Origin: Calditrichaceae bacterium
Lineage (GTDB): Bacteria > Calditrichota > Calditrichia > Calditrichales > JBFXGD01
Assembly: GCA_050173015.1 (NCBI GenBank)
Contig: JBFXLE010000003.1
Span: 160,001-224,000 of the forward strand
Direction of reading: 5' to 3'
DNA: 64,000 bases
The notes under the pieces are model-generated. The model worked only from the letters and a program-made list of their open reading frames with translations. It was not told the DNA's origin and did not search any database. The position numbers and the translations under genes are program-made. Below, one piece after another: positions 10,436 through 20,186 of the stretch. How positions within the stretch are numbered: position 1 is the first letter of the stretch; each line of letters starts with the position of its first letter.

Positions 10436-11183
10436 ATTCTATCAGTTTATCTCTTTCCAGATTCCACTGGACCCAGCTGTTTTTCGCGTCATCCGCAATA
10501 TCAAACTCTGATTTCTGAAAAGTACCGTCCGGTTTTACCCTTATCTGCTGCTGGGCTTTAATAATCTCGAACCATTCCTCCATTGTCACCTGTTTTGGTC
10601 CCTGTATCTGTTCAGGACCTTTGATTTGCTGAGGCGGCCCAGGCTTCTTTTGAGGTTCAACAGTACCCATTTGCCAACCGGGAGAACCAACACCCACGCT
10701 TCCTTCGTAAACTTTTACAAGTGTTGTTGAATCGGCTTCAGCATCCATTCTGTAAATGGTGCCTCTGATCGCCACAACCGCAGAGGGCCCTCTTAACTTC
10801 CATTTGTCAGAAGACTTGGTAAGCTTCTTTACATTCGCCCAAAGTTTTCCTATTGAAAGTTCCGACTGAACATTTTTTTCTTTATCAGTGATGCTGGCTT
10901 TTTCAATGGTGTAAATACTCTGTTCATCAATTCTGATAATGCTCCCGTCCTTAAATTTAATCTCGCAGCGTGACTGGGGTTGTGTTTTAACTTTGTCCCC
11001 TTCAAACAGATTCATATTGAACGCTGCTTTGGACATCTGTTTTTCGCCCTTCTTAAGAACAAGAACGTTGCCAAGCGGGAAACTGATCTTTGCCACGCCT
11101 TCCTTGTTCTGGAAAGTATAAGAACTTAGTATAATTGCCATACCAAGCGCTATAACTATAAGGGATGATAATTTATATTTCAT
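10434..11183 (-). CDS. FecR-domain exported protein
   Basis: GDKVKT...FKDGSIIRI...AVVAIRGTIY...VKVYEGSV; signal peptide. Confidence 0.8.
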   Translation of the reverse strand: MKYKLSSLIVIALGMAIILSSYTFQNKEGVAKISFPLGNVLVLKKGEKQMSKAAFNMNLFEGDKVKTQPQSRCEIKFKDGSIIRIDEQSIYTIEKASITDKEKNVQSELSIGKLWANVKKLTKSSDKWKLRGPSAVVAIRGTIYRMDAEADSTTLVKVYEGSVGVGSPGWQMGTVEPQKKPGPPQQIKGPEQIQGPKQVTMEEWFEIIKAQQQIRVKPDGTFQKSEFDIADDAKNSWVQWNLERDKLIE

Positions 11184-11197
11184 ACTTGCCCCCGGTT

Positions 11198-12112
11198 CTA
11201 TTTTACCCTCACCAAATCACCGGTTTCGAAACCACCACCGCCTTTAACTATTGCTTTGGCTGCTTTTCCACCCGCCACATCACTCACAATTTGAATTTGT
11301 CCGATTTTTTGTTCTTCCGAGCCCAGGGACAGCCCTGTATCCGGATCAATCAGATCTTCACCGGGACGAAAAACCCAGAATACCATGCCACTCTTTACTC
11401 CACTCTGCGAGCCTGGTTTCATAAATACGGTTCCGTCGTCATTCGCCTTAATAATTTTTCCCTGCCATGGGATGGATTGCATACCCTTGGTAATTATCTC
11501 GACACATTCATTGACTGATTTTCTTGCGGCTTTTCCAAGAATTGTATTATCCCAGGTAGAAGAATTATGGAAATCAATACCTTCCACACTGACATTATCC
11601 AGACTGGTCGTCGATTCTTCACCAACCGCCTGTTTTGACGTGATTATCTCACCGGTTGTGGTGTTAACAAGCCTGATATCCACTACTGACCGGGCTGAAT
11701 TTTTTTCCACACCCAGGCGGAATCCGCTTAGCTTACTTAACCCGCCGCCAACCTTATTCTCTTTCGTTCCAAATTCACTCACGCTGCCGGTTATCATTAA
11801 TTCCACACCAAGAAGCTGACCGACTTTAGCAGCTGACTGCTCCGTAACCGCTCCGCTCATTCCAAGTCCCTGCTCCTTCAAAATCTCGTCCAGCTCCGCC
11901 CGTTCAATCACCATAAATTTATTGCTTTCGACAAGAGCAGTAACAAGCATATCCGACAATCCGCTGCCGATATCATGTCCATACCGCGCTTTGTCTTCAA
12001 AATTAAAAACAGCCACTCGTTTTTTTAATCCCGCAAGGTCCTGCGCATCCGCAAAGGACACAAGCGATATAAAAACAAATAAACCCACAAATACTTTTAA
12101 TGTGCCTCTCAT
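11198..12112 (-). CDS. CsgG/HfaB-family exported protein with a FlgT-like C-terminal beta domain
   Basis: RVAVFNF...VIERAELDEILKEQ...GSVSEFG...VDIRLVNTTTGEI; C-terminal DPDTG.SLG. Confidence 0.8.
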   Translation of the reverse strand: MRGTLKVFVGLFVFISLVSFADAQDLAGLKKRVAVFNFEDKARYGHDIGSGLSDMLVTALVESNKFMVIERAELDEILKEQGLGMSGAVTEQSAAKVGQLLGVELMITGSVSEFGTKENKVGGGLSKLSGFRLGVEKNSARSVVDIRLVNTTTGEIITSKQAVGEESTTSLDNVSVEGIDFHNSSTWDNTILGKAARKSVNECVEIITKGMQSIPWQGKIIKANDDGTVFMKPGSQSGVKSGMVFWVFRPGEDLIDPDTGLSLGSEEQKIGQIQIVSDVAGGKAAKAIVKGGGGFETGDLVRVK

Positions 12113-13335
12113 CTAAGACCTCCACTCTGATTAACCCCTCCATCACCGGTTAGAATTTTAGCGGTGACTTTGTTTTGTGTCACAGATATGATTTCAAGAT
12201 TAAGCCCCTCAATCGTCTTGTTCGATAATTCAGCGGCAACGGTCTCTGCTTTTTGAGTAATTTCAATATCAAATAATGCCGTTCCGGATTCAAAGCTTCT
12301 CTGATACACTTTTTTAAGTCCGCGAACATAATACGGGAGGCTGTTTTTTAAGGTATTCAACTGGCTGAAATTACTAATATTCAATATTTGTAACTGAATC
12401 TGTCTCGTTTCAAACTGATTTTTCTGAAATTTTTCGACAATTTTATTTTTTAATTCGACAGCTGCCTGTTTCGCGGCTTTTTCCAAAGCAAGCGTGCTAC
12501 CCGTTAAATCATCAATATGCGCGTTAACTCCACGGGCGCTGCTCGTTGCAATTACAACAGCGTCATCCGCCCTTACCGCGCGTAAGGTCAAATTAGCATT
12601 GCAGGATTTCATTCCCGACGACTGCATAACCGGGGGTTGTGTCACAGTAGTTCTGGCGGTTCCGATTATTAAAATTTCCGCGCCGCTTCGTTTGGCGATA
12701 TTGGCGGCGGCTTGAGAATCTCCGGTCATTGCCGCGCTTAATGCATCCTTTGCAACATTCGACTTTGCGGTAGCGGCATCTACAAATGGGAATCCATAGG
12801 ACATTAATTCATTCATCAAAGCCGTTTCGGTGGTGTTCAAATCCGTTGAGATCCATCCGCGATACTGGCCGATATTTTCTTCATCAACCACTACCATCAA
12901 TCGAGGCATTCCCTCACTTTTCAAAACCGTTAATATTCCCTGCAGGTCATTTTTTAGATTCCCGGCCTTAACCACAGCCCGCACCGTTACTTCGAGAGAA
13001 TTATCCGGTCGCTGATTGGTCCCTATCACATCATAGGTTTGCACATAACCGGTTGTCCGTGAGTAGATGTTATCTTCAAGTGTCATAAAGTTTTCTGTGA
13101 CCGTGTTCGCGTCAATAATCGTACCGACCACCTGTTCAACTGCTTTTCGTAGCGCGTCATTTACACCGTCTTCCTTTGCTTTAACCATATCACCGCTCAG
13201 AATTGCGCCGAATCCGGTCGCTACTACCGTTTTGGTTTCATCCGGCGATTGTCCGGCCGCGCTACCGGGATATTGCGATAAAGCCAGGCTTGTAATCGAA
13301 AACACCAAAAAAACAATCGTAAAAATTTTTTTCAT
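12109..13335 (-). CDS. FlgT N-terminal-domain-like exported protein
   Basis: VATGFG...ALRKAVEQVVG..IDANT; signal peptide. Start moved to MKKIF (13335). Confidence 0.65.
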   Translation of the reverse strand: MKKIFTIVFLVFSITSLALSQYPGSAAGQSPDETKTVVATGFGAILSGDMVKAKEDGVNDALRKAVEQVVGTIIDANTVTENFMTLEDNIYSRTTGYVQTYDVIGTNQRPDNSLEVTVRAVVKAGNLKNDLQGILTVLKSEGMPRLMVVVDEENIGQYRGWISTDLNTTETALMNELMSYGFPFVDAATAKSNVAKDALSAAMTGDSQAAANIAKRSGAEILIIGTARTTVTQPPVMQSSGMKSCNANLTLRAVRADDAVVIATSSARGVNAHIDDLTGSTLALEKAAKQAAVELKNKIVEKFQKNQFETRQIQLQILNISNFSQLNTLKNSLPYYVRGLKKVYQRSFESGTALFDIEITQKAETVAAELSNKTIEGLNLEIISVTQNKVTAKILTGDGGVNQSGGLR

Positions 13336-13364
13336 ATCGCTAATCCATTTCAATTTATTTAAAC

Positions 13365-13384
13365 GGGGAGGCAATTCCCTCCCC
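13365..13384 (-). other. Intra-operon GC-rich hairpin (mRNA stabiliser or weak terminator)
   Basis: GGGGAGG-N6-CCTCCCC just after the stop codon at 13390. Confidence 0.45.
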
Positions 13385-13389
13385 TGAAT

Positions 13390-14556
13390 TTAAAACTTGG
13401 ATTTCAAATTTCTTATGATGTTAAGCGACTCAGCACCTGATACGACCTGGAGGGGTTTAAAGGTACCATCTTCAAATCCCGGCATAATTCCCCGTGTTGA
13501 TACAACCATGACCGAGTTAAATACCGGGGATGTATTCAGAACATCCGCGAATGGGGACATTTCTCCGAAAAATTGTGTCTCCATTTTGGAATCATCCCAT
13601 GCTTTTACAAGAAAATGCTCTATCAATCTGGCAAATTCAGCACGATTTACTTTTTCATTAGGACGGAATGTTCCATCCGGGTATTTATCTATGATCCCCA
13701 ATTGAAGACTTTTATCTATAAATGATTTTGCCCAATAATCTTCCGCAACATCAGTCGCGGCCCATTCAGGGGCGCCTGGTGCTGCTTCGCGTTTACCCAT
13801 CATTGTCTGCCCGGGGGCCTGGAAACCGATTTTTTGCTGTGATGGTGATTTCCGGAAGATTTTTTCAACGGGTAATTCGGTTACAAACAGAATGGCCACA
13901 TCTGCGCGGGTAATTTCTTTTTGAGCCGCTATTTTTCTTAATTCCGGTGACTGCCCGGCGACCGCGGCCTGATATTCCGCCAATTCCTTAATTGCCTTGC
14001 TTGCCCGGGTATCCGTATTGTCTATTTCCAGGATTTTCTGGAATGAAGTTTGCGCTTCGATATATTTGCCCCATTGTTTATAGGCAACACCCATCCAGTA
14101 ATAAGCATCTTTTTTTACGCCCTTTTTGTCTTTGACGGATTTTGATCCGTTTACATCATCCACCGCGTCTTTTAACTCATCCACCGCGTCTTCGAATTTA
14201 TTCTGAGCAATGTAAAGACGCCCTTTTGCCACTTTTGCCGGTATCCAATCACCGTCCTTGCTCAGAGACTCCTTTATCAGAATCTCTGCGCCGGCGAGAT
14301 CACCCTTTTCCAATTTCACGATTCCAAGACCTTCATATGCCGGAGCGAAATTTGCTTTTAAGCCTTTAGCGAGATTAAACTCACGTTCCGCATTACTTAG
14401 GTCATTACTATTTAAAAATTTCACACCCTGATTATAATGATATTCGGGAGTATCCAGAATAGATTCCGCTTTTCTCTCCTTAGGAGCGGCACACCCCTGA
14501 AAAATAAAAACAGAAGCAACAATTAACACGAATATTTTTATCATAGCGTTTCGCAT
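13390..14556 (-). CDS. Lipoprotein with TPR repeats and S-layer homology (SLH) domains
   Basis: Lipobox FQGC; TPR helices; SLH motifs YPDGTFRPNEKVNRAE and GFEDGTFKP. Confidence 0.85.
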   Translation of the reverse strand: MRNAMIKIFVLIVASVFIFQGCAAPKERKAESILDTPEYHYNQGVKFLNSNDLSNAEREFNLAKGLKANFAPAYEGLGIVKLEKGDLAGAEILIKESLSKDGDWIPAKVAKGRLYIAQNKFEDAVDELKDAVDDVNGSKSVKDKKGVKKDAYYWMGVAYKQWGKYIEAQTSFQKILEIDNTDTRASKAIKELAEYQAAVAGQSPELRKIAAQKEITRADVAILFVTELPVEKIFRKSPSQQKIGFQAPGQTMMGKREAAPGAPEWAATDVAEDYWAKSFIDKSLQLGIIDKYPDGTFRPNEKVNRAEFARLIEHFLVKAWDDSKMETQFFGEMSPFADVLNTSPVFNSVMVVSTRGIMPGFEDGTFKPLQVVSGAESLNIIRNLKSKF

Positions 14557-14569
14557 GTTCTTTCTCCTG

Positions 14570-15418
14570 TTAATCTAAAATGATCATTACTTTGCACTGT
14601 TCCATAAAATTTAGATTTTTTGCTGCTGCCATTATATTTGCGGCGTCGCTATTGCTAATCACCACATCAGCCTTATTTGATCCTGATACTTTGAGGCCTT
14701 TAACAATCACAGGATTATTGGTAACTCTTTCATTGGTTTTCGCCCGATTCAGATCTTTATCATAACCTACAACACCAATCTGCACGGCATAATCACGGCT
14801 TACGTATCCGGTACCATAAACTTCATTACCGGTTTCATCCACGATTTTCGGCGCCATTGCCGGCCGGAGCCCTAAACCCCTGGCATCGATAATCAGCCCT
14901 GTATATACCGCGTTCTGATATGTCGGTTGAGGCTGAGCGGCATTGTACATCATGTTTGGATTCACACCGCCAATCTGCTGAGGCAACAGAGCGTCCAGTA
15001 ATATTCCGCTGATGGGGATTTCAACATCGACTTCCACACTTCCGTCGCTGAGATATCTCGTGTCAACTTTTCTAAAATTCTTGACTACGCCGCTGACTTT
15101 CGAAGTAATGACATCACTTTCAACCATAGCATTTCTTACGATTGTTTCTGATGTCAGATTCATACCTTTTACAGTTTCCAGCAATTGACGCAGCGCATCC
15201 ATTTCCCCGGCTCTAATTGCGCCAGCACGCTGGGCTGCCAAAGGAACATTGGGATTGGGAGCGCCAATACCGGTCGCGCGAATAACCTGATCCTGCCAAT
15301 TAACTGTACCGGCATTGGGAACCTGCTGATAGATCTGCGCATTCAACACCAAAAATGAGAATAAAACAGTTATCACGATTCCCAATAAATAATAAGACCT
15401 TCTCATGAAATCCTCCAT
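14570..15418 (-). CDS. LPP20-like exported protein
   Basis: VNWQDQVIRATGIG...ALRQLLETVKG; YTGLIIDARGL..PAMAP; signal peptide. Confidence 0.65.
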   Translation of the reverse strand: MEDFMRRSYYLLGIVITVLFSFLVLNAQIYQQVPNAGTVNWQDQVIRATGIGAPNPNVPLAAQRAGAIRAGEMDALRQLLETVKGMNLTSETIVRNAMVESDVITSKVSGVVKNFRKVDTRYLSDGSVEVDVEIPISGILLDALLPQQIGGVNPNMMYNAAQPQPTYQNAVYTGLIIDARGLGLRPAMAPKIVDETGNEVYGTGYVSRDYAVQIGVVGYDKDLNRAKTNERVTNNPVIVKGLKVSGSNKADVVISNSDAANIMAAAKNLNFMEQCKVMIILD

Positions 15419-15625
15419 ACATTAATTTATGTGCAAAATTAGAGACGGTTCAAATGAAGATGAGTTCAATTAAAAGAATTGGTGTGCTTGAGTCTGTGAT
15501 AAAAGTCACCAGGCACGCTGCTATTTGGCTCTTTTTCAGTTAAATTGTGTCTCATGAACCGGAACACTTTCTATATATGAAAAAGCCTATCTATCTGACT
15601 TTAGAACATTTATCACAATGGAAAG

Positions 15626-15697
<72 letters not shown>

Positions 15698-15709
15698 CAT
15701 AATTTATTA

Positions 15710-15738
15710 AATTTAGATGATCACCCAATTCATGTCAA
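15710..15738 (-). promoter_or_regulatory. Sigma70 promoter of tRNA-Gly
   Basis: TTGACA-17 nt-TAAATT. Confidence 0.75.
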
Positions 15739-15768
15739 GTAATTAAAATGATTGATTTTAGGATGATC

Positions 15769-17010
15769 CTACAGATTCTGCATACAAACATGAGCAAAAA
15801 CCTTGGTATCATTAACAAGATTTTCGATGACACAATATTCATTAGGCTGATGCGCGAGATCATCTATTGTGGACCAAACCGCCACATTGAATCCGGCGCG
15901 TCTAAAAATAGCGGCAACCGTACCGCCGCCGATACCCATCGCTTTCGCGTCCGTATTGTAAACATCTTTAACCGCCTTTTTTAATGCCATTACCACCGGT
16001 GCGTCAACCGGCGTCGCGGGCGCGGCCTGTTCTTTTTGTTCAGTCGATATCTCAATCTTCACATTGAATTTCTTCTCAATGCCATCACAGATATCTTTAA
16101 CCCGGGCCAACACATCTTCAATTGAGTATTCCGGAATTATCCGGCAGTCAAGATAAAAAACATCATCACCGGGAATCGTATTGATGTTTGGCACATTTGA
16201 TTCCTTTTTTGTCGGCTCAAAGGTACTGATGGGCGGGTCAAATACCGGATCTGACGCGCCGAACAACTGATGCAGCTGATCAAGTTCCACAACAAGATTG
16301 GAAGCTGCCTTGAAGGCATTGATGCCCTTCTCAGGCATACTGGCATGCACCTGTCTGCCTCGTGTTTTAAATTTGATCCATAAAATTGATTTTTCTGCCA
16401 CTTCTATCATACTTGAATCGGACTCCCCGGCATCGGGTACGATAAAAATATCTTCTTTTTTAAACAGATCCGAATGATTTTCAATCATAAATTCAAGGCC
16501 GAACCGGCTTCCCGTCTCCTCGTCTGAGACTAATAAAATCGCAAGATTATTTTCAGGCTGGATGCCTTCATCTGTAAAGGCCTTTGCAGTCATAATCGCA
16601 CTAACGAGGCCCTGGTTATTGTCTTCAGTCCCGCGACCGTATATTTTCCCATTTTTGATCACCGCTTCAAAAGGATTCGTATCCCATTTGGATCGATCAC
16701 CTTCCGGCACCACATCCAAATGAGCCATAATCCAGACAGTTCGATTCCTGTTCTTTCCCGGTATCCTCGCGACCAGATTGGGGCGCAGTCCTCCCGGAAC
16801 AGAAGGATCCGGCGCCGGATATTCCTCGATCTCTTTAATTCCAATTGCCTTTAAATAATCTTTTATAAATTCCGCTTTTTCACTCTCTCCGCTTCCATCA
16901 TTTAAAGGTCCCAATGATTTAATCGGAATAATATTTTTCATCAATTCAATGGCTTCCGTCCCAAGGTCATCAATCTGGCGGTTAAGTTTTGCTAAATTCT
17001 CGTTTGACAT
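15769..17010 (-). CDS. M20 metallopeptidase (ArgE/DapE family)
   Basis: AHLDVVP, GRGTEDN, SDEETG, HAS, AHQPNE motifs. Confidence 0.9.
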   Translation of the reverse strand: MSNENLAKLNRQIDDLGTEAIELMKNIIPIKSLGPLNDGSGESEKAEFIKDYLKAIGIKEIEEYPAPDPSVPGGLRPNLVARIPGKNRNRTVWIMAHLDVVPEGDRSKWDTNPFEAVIKNGKIYGRGTEDNNQGLVSAIMTAKAFTDEGIQPENNLAILLVSDEETGSRFGLEFMIENHSDLFKKEDIFIVPDAGESDSSMIEVAEKSILWIKFKTRGRQVHASMPEKGINAFKAASNLVVELDQLHQLFGASDPVFDPPISTFEPTKKESNVPNINTIPGDDVFYLDCRIIPEYSIEDVLARVKDICDGIEKKFNVKIEISTEQKEQAAPATPVDAPVVMALKKAVKDVYNTDAKAMGIGGGTVAAIFRRAGFNVAVWSTIDDLAHQPNEYCVIENLVNDTKVFAHVCMQNL

Positions 17011-17099
17011 ATCTATTCCCTTCGCGATGGGGGAGTTAAACCCAATTTATTTTGTGTATGTTTTCTAATATAATCCCATGATCGATACAGAGCAATCAT

Positions 17100-18272
17100 T
17101 TATCCGTTTGTAATCTGGAATCCGGTCGCCTCCGGTATGATGATTTTTTGCAGTATTTGCGTAAAATATCGGTCAGTCATTCCCGCTATGAAATCCCGTA
17201 CCTTTAGTTCCGCTGATTGGTTATTAAGATATTTTTCAGATTTTGAATTTAGAAAGTGCTGAAAAATTTCGCTGTCGCGGTCTTTTTTATTCAGTGAATC
17301 CAGATAGTAGTTAAATAAAAATTCAAATCCGCGTTTGATGCGCTCATGATTCACTTTGAGTTTTGATTGTCTGTAGATATTCTCATAATTAAATTCCTTA
17401 AGCTTAAACAGAGCTGTTGAAATTTTAGGACTAAAGCTCACATATTTCTTTTCATAACTGGTAACCACCACATCGTTCACAAGAGTTTCAATAATCTGGC
17501 CGTTATAAGATCCTAAAACCGATCTCAGATCATCCGGAAGATCATCACGTTTTATTAAGCCTATACGGATGGCATCTTCGATGTCCTGACCAATATACGC
17601 GATCGTATCCGTCAGACGAACCACACATCCCTCAAGTGTTGCCGGCATCATATCCGTAATTTCGCCCTGTTCCATTTTGAGAATATATTCTGTTAAATCT
17701 TTTTCTGATTTTGACAGATTCGGTTCAAGCCCCTGGTTATGTACCTCACCATTGTGTGAAAGGATTCCGTCTCTGGCTTGAAAGGTTAAATTTAACCCTT
17801 GTCCCTTCTTCGCTATCCTATCTACAACTCTCAGACTTTGGATATTATGATGAAACTGACCAATTCCATGTTTTATACTGACCTTGCTAAGAAATTTTTC
17901 CCCGTCATGGCCGAAAGGAGGATGTCCCAAATCGTGCCCGAGTGCAATTGCGTCAATTAAATCTGTGTTTAATGAAAGGAACCGTCCAATCGTCTTGGAA
18001 ATCTGAGCGACGCTTAATGTATGTAAGCTTCGGCTAGTGAGTTGTTCATCAAGCATCGATGCAAAATATATAACCTGTGTTTTTCCCGTATAGCGGCGGA
18101 ATGCTCCGCTGTAAATAATCCGGTCTCTGTCCAACGCGTAAGGCGGGCGGGAATGAATATCCCTTTCAGGATGGTTCCGGATTGCCTGCGCGTTTTGCGT
18201 TGCATATCGTGAAAGTAAAGTCGATTCTTCCTGATCAATTTTTGATGCGATGTCCTGGAGTTTTATTGCCAT
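17100..18272 (-). CDS. dgt: dNTP triphosphohydrolase (dGTPase-like HD protein)
   Basis: DRDRI..S.AFRR..KTQV, GHDLGHPPFGH, DFIAGMTD motifs. Confidence 0.88.
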   Translation of the reverse strand: MAIKLQDIASKIDQEESTLLSRYATQNAQAIRNHPERDIHSRPPYALDRDRIIYSGAFRRYTGKTQVIYFASMLDEQLTSRSLHTLSVAQISKTIGRFLSLNTDLIDAIALGHDLGHPPFGHDGEKFLSKVSIKHGIGQFHHNIQSLRVVDRIAKKGQGLNLTFQARDGILSHNGEVHNQGLEPNLSKSEKDLTEYILKMEQGEITDMMPATLEGCVVRLTDTIAYIGQDIEDAIRIGLIKRDDLPDDLRSVLGSYNGQIIETLVNDVVVTSYEKKYVSFSPKISTALFKLKEFNYENIYRQSKLKVNHERIKRGFEFLFNYYLDSLNKKDRDSEIFQHFLNSKSEKYLNNQSAELKVRDFIAGMTDRYFTQILQKIIIPEATGFQITNG

Positions 18273-18284
18273 GTTTTATCCAAC

Positions 18285-18731
18285 TTAGTCTAATGATCTT
18301 ATCTTTTTTGTAACTAAAGAAACCGGGCCAAAAGTTCTTTCATAGCGTTGGATAAATTCTTGAGGAATCTGTATGGGGGTCCCGGTTAAATCCGTCGCGA
18401 CCCATGACGCAATCGCGCTTGCTACCGGCGACTTAGATGAATCCTTAAAAATATTTTGTCTGAATGTAGCGGAACTTCTACCCCGACGTTCCCACTCCAC
18501 AGTGATCGTCAGATGATCACCCATTAACACCTGTTGTTTATATTCAATCTCGATTTTTATAATCGGCAGTAAAAATCCATCCGCTTTTAGTGAATCGAGT
18601 GTGTATCCCAATTCATTGAGCAGTTCAACCCGTCCATATTCAAGATAGTTCAAAAAAGTTGCGTTGTTCACATGCCCATACATATCGCATTCATAGCTCC
18701 GTACCTTTAGAGAAGTCTGAAAAACCGCCAT
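18285..18731 (-). CDS. Acyl-CoA thioesterase (YbgC/FadM family)
   Basis: D.YGHVNNA.FL.YLE.GR motif. Confidence 0.9.
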   Translation of the reverse strand: MAVFQTSLKVRSYECDMYGHVNNATFLNYLEYGRVELLNELGYTLDSLKADGFLLPIIKIEIEYKQQVLMGDHLTITVEWERRGRSSATFRQNIFKDSSKSPVASAIASWVATDLTGTPIQIPQEFIQRYERTFGPVSLVTKKIRSLD

Positions 18732-18802
18732 TGTAGCCTCATTTATAAATCATGTACTAAGATATAAGTTAACCATCAATCCGTCACAAAATCAACCCGC
18801 AT

Positions 18803-18835
18803 AAAAGAAAAAGCCGGAATCATTTGCGTTCCGGC
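18803..18835 (-). terminator. Intrinsic terminator after glnA
   Basis: GCCGGAA/TTCCGGC stem followed by a U-rich tract on the minus strand. Confidence 0.65.
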
Positions 18836-18848
18836 ATTTTCATTTGAA

Positions 18849-20171
18849 TTAATAATATGATAAATAGCGGTCAACTTCCCATTGATGAACCTGTGTGATG
18901 TATTCCTGCCACTCTGCCCTTTTTGCCGCTATAAAATGATTAAATACATGTTCTCCAAGCGCTTCTTTTATGAGCGTGTCTTTTTCCATTAATTCCACTG
19001 CTTCAAAAAGATTCGCTGGTAATTCCTTTATCTGTAACCGCTGTTTTTCACGACTGCTCATCGTAAAGATATTTTTATTCACGGGGTCTTTGGCCTTAAT
19101 ATTATTCTTAATCCCGTCGAGTCCGGATTTTAACATCACGGCAAGGGCAAGATAGGGATTACATGCAGGATCCGGCATACGCAATTCAATTCTTGTACTC
19201 TTGCCTCTTTTTGCGGGAACACGAACCAGAGGGCTGCGGTTTTTTTCTGACCAGGCTACATTCACAGGAGCTTCATAACCGGGTACCAACCGCTTGTAGG
19301 AATTGACGGTAGGGTTTGTGATGGCGGAAAAATTGCGCGCGTGTTTCAATATTCCTCCTATGTACTGCATCGCGATCTGGCTTAACTGATATTTTTCATT
19401 TGGATCATAAAACAGGTTCGTATCACCTTTAAATAAAGACTGATGAACATGCATTCCCGACCCGTTGATCCCAAAAACAGGTTTGGGCATAAAAGTGGCA
19501 TGTAAACCATGAGCAAACGCAACACGGCGTACCACCCACCTGAAGGTTGAGATGTTATCCGCTGTTTTTAAAGCTTCCTCATATTTGAAGTCAATTTCAT
19601 GCTGTCCATGAGCGACCTCATGGTGGGCAGCTTCTATCTCAAATCCCAACTTAATCAGAATATTTATCATATCCCGTCTGGCATCTTCACCGAGATCAAT
19701 AGGGGCAAGATCAAAATATCCTGCAGAATCGTGAGTAATTGTACTTGCGATACCGTTGGTATTTTTCTGAAACAAGAAAAATTCCGGTTCCGGACCGGCC
19801 ACCATGGTAAAACCCATCTGTTCGGCTTCTGCGATAACGCGTTTTAAAATATATCTTGGGTCACCGGCAAACGGCTCATGATCTGTTGAATAAATATCAC
19901 AAATCATGCGCGCTACCTTGCCTTTTCCGTTATCCCAGGGAAGGATGACAAATGTGTCAAAATCCGGTTTTAAAAGCTGATCTGACTCCTCGATCCTGGC
20001 AAATCCCTCAATGGATGAACCATCAAACATAATCTCACCATCAAGCGCTTTTTCAAACTGACTTCGTGGCAGCTCAACATTTTTATTAGCGCCCATAATA
20101 TCTGTAAACTGTAACCGGAGAAACGCAACATCGTTTTCCTTCACTAATTTAAGAATTTCTTGCCTGGTCAT
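18849..20171 (-). CDS. glnA: Glutamine synthetase type I
   Basis: FDGSSIEG, GPEPEFFLF, HHEVAHGQHEI, NGSGMHVH, YKRLVPGYEAP motifs. Confidence 0.97.
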   Translation of the reverse strand: MTRQEILKLVKENDVAFLRLQFTDIMGANKNVELPRSQFEKALDGEIMFDGSSIEGFARIEESDQLLKPDFDTFVILPWDNGKGKVARMICDIYSTDHEPFAGDPRYILKRVIAEAEQMGFTMVAGPEPEFFLFQKNTNGIASTITHDSAGYFDLAPIDLGEDARRDMINILIKLGFEIEAAHHEVAHGQHEIDFKYEEALKTADNISTFRWVVRRVAFAHGLHATFMPKPVFGINGSGMHVHQSLFKGDTNLFYDPNEKYQLSQIAMQYIGGILKHARNFSAITNPTVNSYKRLVPGYEAPVNVAWSEKNRSPLVRVPAKRGKSTRIELRMPDPACNPYLALAVMLKSGLDGIKNNIKAKDPVNKNIFTMSSREKQRLQIKELPANLFEAVELMEKDTLIKEALGEHVFNHFIAAKRAEWQEYITQVHQWEVDRYLSYY

Positions 20172-20186
20172 TCTACCCCTCCTTGT

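Noticed and set aside
11198-13335. Curli secretion or flagellar assembly locus
   Set aside because: No csgA/B/E/F or flagellar structural genes are in the window; only the folds are shared.
17100-18272. dGTPase as an anti-phage defence gene
   Set aside because: It is a short housekeeping-type enzyme among metabolic genes, with no defence-island context.
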